A DNA stretch of 64,000 nucleotides from the human T2T-CHM13v2.0 reference genome, Homo sapiens: assembly GCF_009914755.1 (NCBI RefSeq), contig NC_060929.1; one strand, written 5' to 3'. The notes under the pieces were generated by a model. It made no database searches and was not told the origin of the DNA. It was given only the letters and a program-made list of their open reading frames with translations. The translations under genes were made by a program, and so were the position numbers. This document shows, one piece after another, positions 58,890-64,000 of this stretch; position 1 is the first letter of the stretch, and every line of letters starts with the position of its first letter.

Positions 58890-60214
58890 AAGTTTAATAT
58901 GTTGTTCGATTTGTTACTTTCCTTTGTCTCCGCTTCCCCTCTCTGAATTAAAATCAATGCCTTGATTTGTCAAACAAATATGTAGTGAGTACCCACTATG
59001 TATAAATCTTTGCATCATTTGCCACAAAAAAAGGCTGATATCAATTATATAAAGCATTAGAATGTACTAGAAACAATAAGGAAAAAAGTGACAGATAAAT
59101 ACAACAGAAATATATCTAATATTGCTTTAAAGTTATAATTTGTAATTTTAATTCAACCTGTAGCAGTCTGGTTAGTTTTAAGTATTTATTGAAATTCTAT
59201 GGACTGTATTTGTAAACTGAGAATTAAAACAAATAGCCTGCAGATTTTCTGTATTGACTTATTAGAATGGTATATATAAATTGCCTGCCTGATATAAAGT
59301 AAGTCACTTCATATATAGTAGTTACTGTTACTATATTTGGGGAAAACCATGAAAGTTTCATGAAAAAAAGTGTCCTTTGAGCTTTTACAAACCAGCTTAG
59401 TAGGTAGAGTCTGAAAGTTAAATGTGTGTGTGTGCACGTGTGTGTGCCATGGCCCACTTGGACGATCTGTTCAGTTTTACAAACTACCCATCAAAATATG
59501 TGTTTAAATGCATAAATTACATAGAAATACATAGTATTACAATAAACATGAAATATATTGACAATTATTACAGTATTTTATAAATTGTAACATATATATG
59601 CTTCTCATAACACAATAAATAAGAAAGCATTTAAATCTAGGCAAGTTAAGTTTTATGTTTCAAGAAGGATTAGTGTAATGAATGTAATGGCTGAACATTA
59701 AACTCTAGGCTGGTTGTTAACTGCCTTTTACATATTGATCAGCAAATGATTGTGAATGGGCAATGATGGAAAGTAACTTCTTGTCTGGGTCAGAATTGGA
59801 GAACTCTGAATTTGAGTGTTTTGTGGCCTAATGACTATCGCCAGGCCCAATACAGCTCAATAGATGGCCAGTTTTATGGCATAGCCATCTGTAGAGAGGA
59901 AGATGGTAATCACTAATGTTTTGTTGATCAAAATAATTATGATTTTGCAATAAAGGTAACTATAAATGGCTTTTTGATGTATCTGCAAAAGATATATCCA
60001 ATGAAAATAATCTGAAATTTCAAAGATGTGTTGTTTCCATGCCGGATCTCAAAATCCCTGAATTTCACACACAGATTCCATGAACTCCAAGTTAAGAACA
60101 CATGATCTGGATGTTTGACAAAATACCTTCAGCAGGAATAATGAAAGCCCTGACATTTCTGTGTGCATAAAAACTGGAAAACTTTAAAAGTAATAAATCA
60201 CCAAGTCTTTATAA

Positions 60215-60380
60215 AAATCGATGAGTTAGGTGTGTATTAGCTTATATCGCAGATGAGGAAACTGTAACATGGAATGGATAAATAATTTGCTAAAGTCACA
60301 TAGATTGTGAGTAGGAAACTGGAAATTGAACAACAGCTGTATTGCTTCATGGTCAGTGGTTAATGCTTCAATAACTACAC
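60215..60380 (-). mobile_element. MIR fragment
   Basis: cagatgaggaaactg...aataatttgctaaagtcacatag. Confidence 0.7.
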
Positions 60381-62222
60381 TAAAAGGCTTATTTAAAAGG
60401 CTTTTTCACAGATGCATTTATTCTCTTCTACATAATTAGTAATGAAATTTTAGTAATATCTGTAGCAAAAAGAACCAGGTTTAGATTGTTGTACAAAATG
60501 GCAAATGCATAGAGGGTCAGTTATACCATGAAAAGTTTTATGAATACTCAAACTCACCTACTAATGGCAACAGTGAGAGAATGTGGAGGTCATCCTGAAG
60601 AGAGATCATCACCCAGGCCTATCAAATCTAACCACTCCTATGTTACTTTCTCATTTTTAATTTAGCATTTTTCATATGCTGCCACGTATATGCCATTTTT
60701 CACTATATGATTTGGGAAGATTTTCTTTAAACAATAAAACAAAATTGTTGACCACACCCTCAACACTAGGTGATCATATATTTTAGGCTAAATCATTTAT
60801 CCTTATATAAAAGGAATAATATTATCCCTGAAAATATAGAAGACTAATTGGTATATATATGTGTATACATATATATATATATGATTAAATCAATATGTAT
60901 ATTCAACCTGAGAATGACTTTTTGATATCACAATACCCTTGAGTATCAGGTTTTTGAAAGGATCTCAGACTTCTAGAAGTCCAGTCTGAAAATGTAATCT
61001 TTGGAAATACAGGTATCAAAAGGTTTTCAAAATATTTGAGTGTAAAACAGAATTATTTACTAATAAGTTATTAATATTTATATAAAGCATATAGCCGTTT
61101 GGGAATATTAAATATTTTTATGTTATCTTTTGTGGCACTATGAAAGATTGGAGTCTTTCATGTCTATCACATTGTCATTTTAAAAGACACTAAATAAATC
61201 TAAAAATAGTAATTATAATAATTAGTCATCAGAAGATCTAGGCTTTCAGATGTTAAAAGTTATGACTTAGTCACCTTCATGGAAGCATTTAATTGAGCAA
61301 GAAACTCAATGTGAAATTCATATGTCGCTACCAAAAACTGTCATAAATCAATGTGCTTCATTACATTACTGCCATAAATAAGTGGCTTAGGTGGAAAAAG
61401 AAATATGTTTTGTGATATTATTCAGTAACCGATTTTAACATTGGAATCTTTAAAAAAATCAAATCCAGCTGGTCATGTATATCTCATAGATTGCAGGTCT
61501 TTTCCATTGTAGACTGACTGCAATTTGGAAATGTGGATTTGTCAACCAGGAAATGTATGAGATATGAAGATGCTGTCTGAGATAGTTGGTCCTTCAGAAA
61601 TCTAATAGAGCAACAGTCTAGATATACTGAGGAATAATAGCTATATGTTAATAAATTCCATAATTGTTCTCATAGGCTCAGTGTGATTCAGCATAGGAAA
61701 CTCATAAAACATTGCTATGGCCTTTAGAAGCCTGAAATGCAAGTCTCCTTGAGCAACAGGCTACTGAAGAGATCTCAGACTCTTACAAGTCCCGTCCAAT
61801 AGTGTAACACATTTATGTATATCCTATATCCAATAATGTAACTAAACTTAAACTACCCGATAACTAAAATTATTTGGTAAAGCTCCTATATTTCATCCAC
61901 CTTAGATAAAATAATGCTGGTTAAATTTTCATTTTGAAGAATTGTTTGGTTATTGGCTAAATTTTAATGAGCCATGATCTTAGTTTAGTAAATTTTTAAC
62001 ATAAAATTATGCTAAACAAGATATGATATATAAACAAAAAGACTTTAATTTCTTAGGCTTCTTTTTATGGTGCACTTTGCCATTTAAAAATTAAATTTTT
62101 TATGCTATAAATTCAGTAAGGTCATACATACGTAAAACTTTCTATAATAGTCTCGATTTTGAGATGGCTTGAGGGTCAGATGTAAGGAGATTTTACATAG
62201 GTTAGACTGTGATTAGTAGACT

Positions 62223-62485
<263 letters not shown>

Positions 62486-64000
62486 TAGAAAGCCAAAAAT
62501 AAAGAGGTTATCATCTAATGGCACAAAGTTTTCTTATTTCATAAGCTTGCATTTTCTTTTCTTATTAAACACCGTCTCACCTTTCTTTTTCAGGAAACAC
62601 TTTCTGAAAATGTCAGAACTCTTGAAAACATGGATGAGGAAAAGCATAAGTACTGCTTTATGCTTTTCTTATGAATTTTAAAAGATGTAATTTAAAGGTA
62701 CTTTAAAGTGATATTTGTGCCCTTGTAACTGATTCAAAGTAGACTGCTAAGGACAATAAGTAATAAGAGTCTACAAATATCAGTAAATTATGAGAAAAAA
62801 CGGTCTAATGGTACTTAAAATTGCATTGTGATTTATTAAATAACATTGAACAGCTCCACCTGTAACATTAAGATTCCATTTGAGCATATAGAAAATATAT
62901 TTATCGCAACCTGAAGTGATTTGGAAAGTATGCTGGGAAGAAAATATATTTACAAATTAGTCTCAGAGGGTAGGTATCCTGTAGCCAGATGGAATAAGAA
63001 GAGAGGGAAGGGAGATTTTGTTCAAAGGGGGAGCATAAGCTAAGGAATAAAGCCACAAACAATGATTAAATTAGGTAAAGTGCAATTAGCTGAATATTGC
63101 ATAAGCATACATATGGGAAGAAGTGGAAAAAGGAGTGACAATATGAAGCTAAAGGGTTTGAAGTGTTCAAGATAATACTAGGCTTCCTAGCCTATTCCGA
63201 GACATCTTGTTTTAGAGTGCAATAGATAAGAACTCTAAGGATGAAAGTAGGAGACATGCATTCTAGTCTACGTTTTGGTTAATGGACTGAAAGTGAAAGA
63301 TGGACTGAAATTGGGGGATGGAATAAAAATGTGATAGAATAGAAAATAGAAAAAGCAATTAGCCTAATGTCATTGATACTTAGAGAAAATATGGAAAATA
63401 GTAAATTAGTGATATATATCTTTTCTAATTCACCAGGGTGAGTGAACAAAGGAAATCGGATTTAAAAGTATTCATGACATAGATGCAATAAGGTTTCTCA
63501 GTCAGACATAGCAAATTGAGGGAAGGGAAGATTTAGAGGATTGGAAAATGTCTTGCTTGTAGACTAATAGGATATCAATAAGCCATATGAGCAATAATTT
63601 GAAATAGTTTTTGTAAAGTATCATGAAGGTAAACCCTGTTTAGAACAAATTAGATTTGAAGTACTTGTGACAAATGCAATTGACAATGCCTTTATGCAGC
63701 TGGAAAATTGTTGCTTAGCAGAAAAGCTTGTGCTGGACAAATAGATGTCCAAATTGAATAGATGTTTTCTTAAGCTGAACTAATTGAGACAAATATCCTT
63801 ATTAAATCAAAAAATTAAAAATTGAAATAACTTACCTATGATAGGGTAAATAATGTTATTAATATACACAAGAAATATGTGATGTATATGTGTATGTACA
63901 TATGTATACATAGTAATAATACATAGTGCTATTTTTAAATGATATTTTACATAGTGCTTTTTTAAATGATTTTTCAATCATCGTTGTTGGTCTGTGTTAT

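Overview
AT-rich, gene-poor primate (very probably human) genomic DNA; I cannot place it on a chromosome from sequence alone. No protein-coding gene, RNA gene or CRISPR array is supported. The ORF track is explained by Alu, L1, LTR and HSMAR1 remnants and by chance ORFs. The window is mostly interspersed repeats: about 12 Alus, nested L1s, solo LTR12C and LTR12F, THE1D, MSTB, MER21, a two-LTR MER83-like non-coding provirus and a near full-length HSMAR1. The features most worth a second look are: (1) a 1.3 kb, 47-copy, 28-bp hairpin-forming minisatellite that grew out of an AT microsatellite inside an L1 through AT->GC changes only and now has 3 CpG per unit; (2) a probable Eulor1 ancient conserved repeat near 32.3 kb; (3) a chimeric AluY/AluS at a multi-kb deletion in an L1; (4) a ~390-bp Alu-L1 tandem duplication; (5) a ~70-bp templated copy on both sides of the provirus. 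Repeat subfamily names come from recalled consensus features and need RepeatMasker/Dfam confirmation. I found no convincing new multi-gene system.
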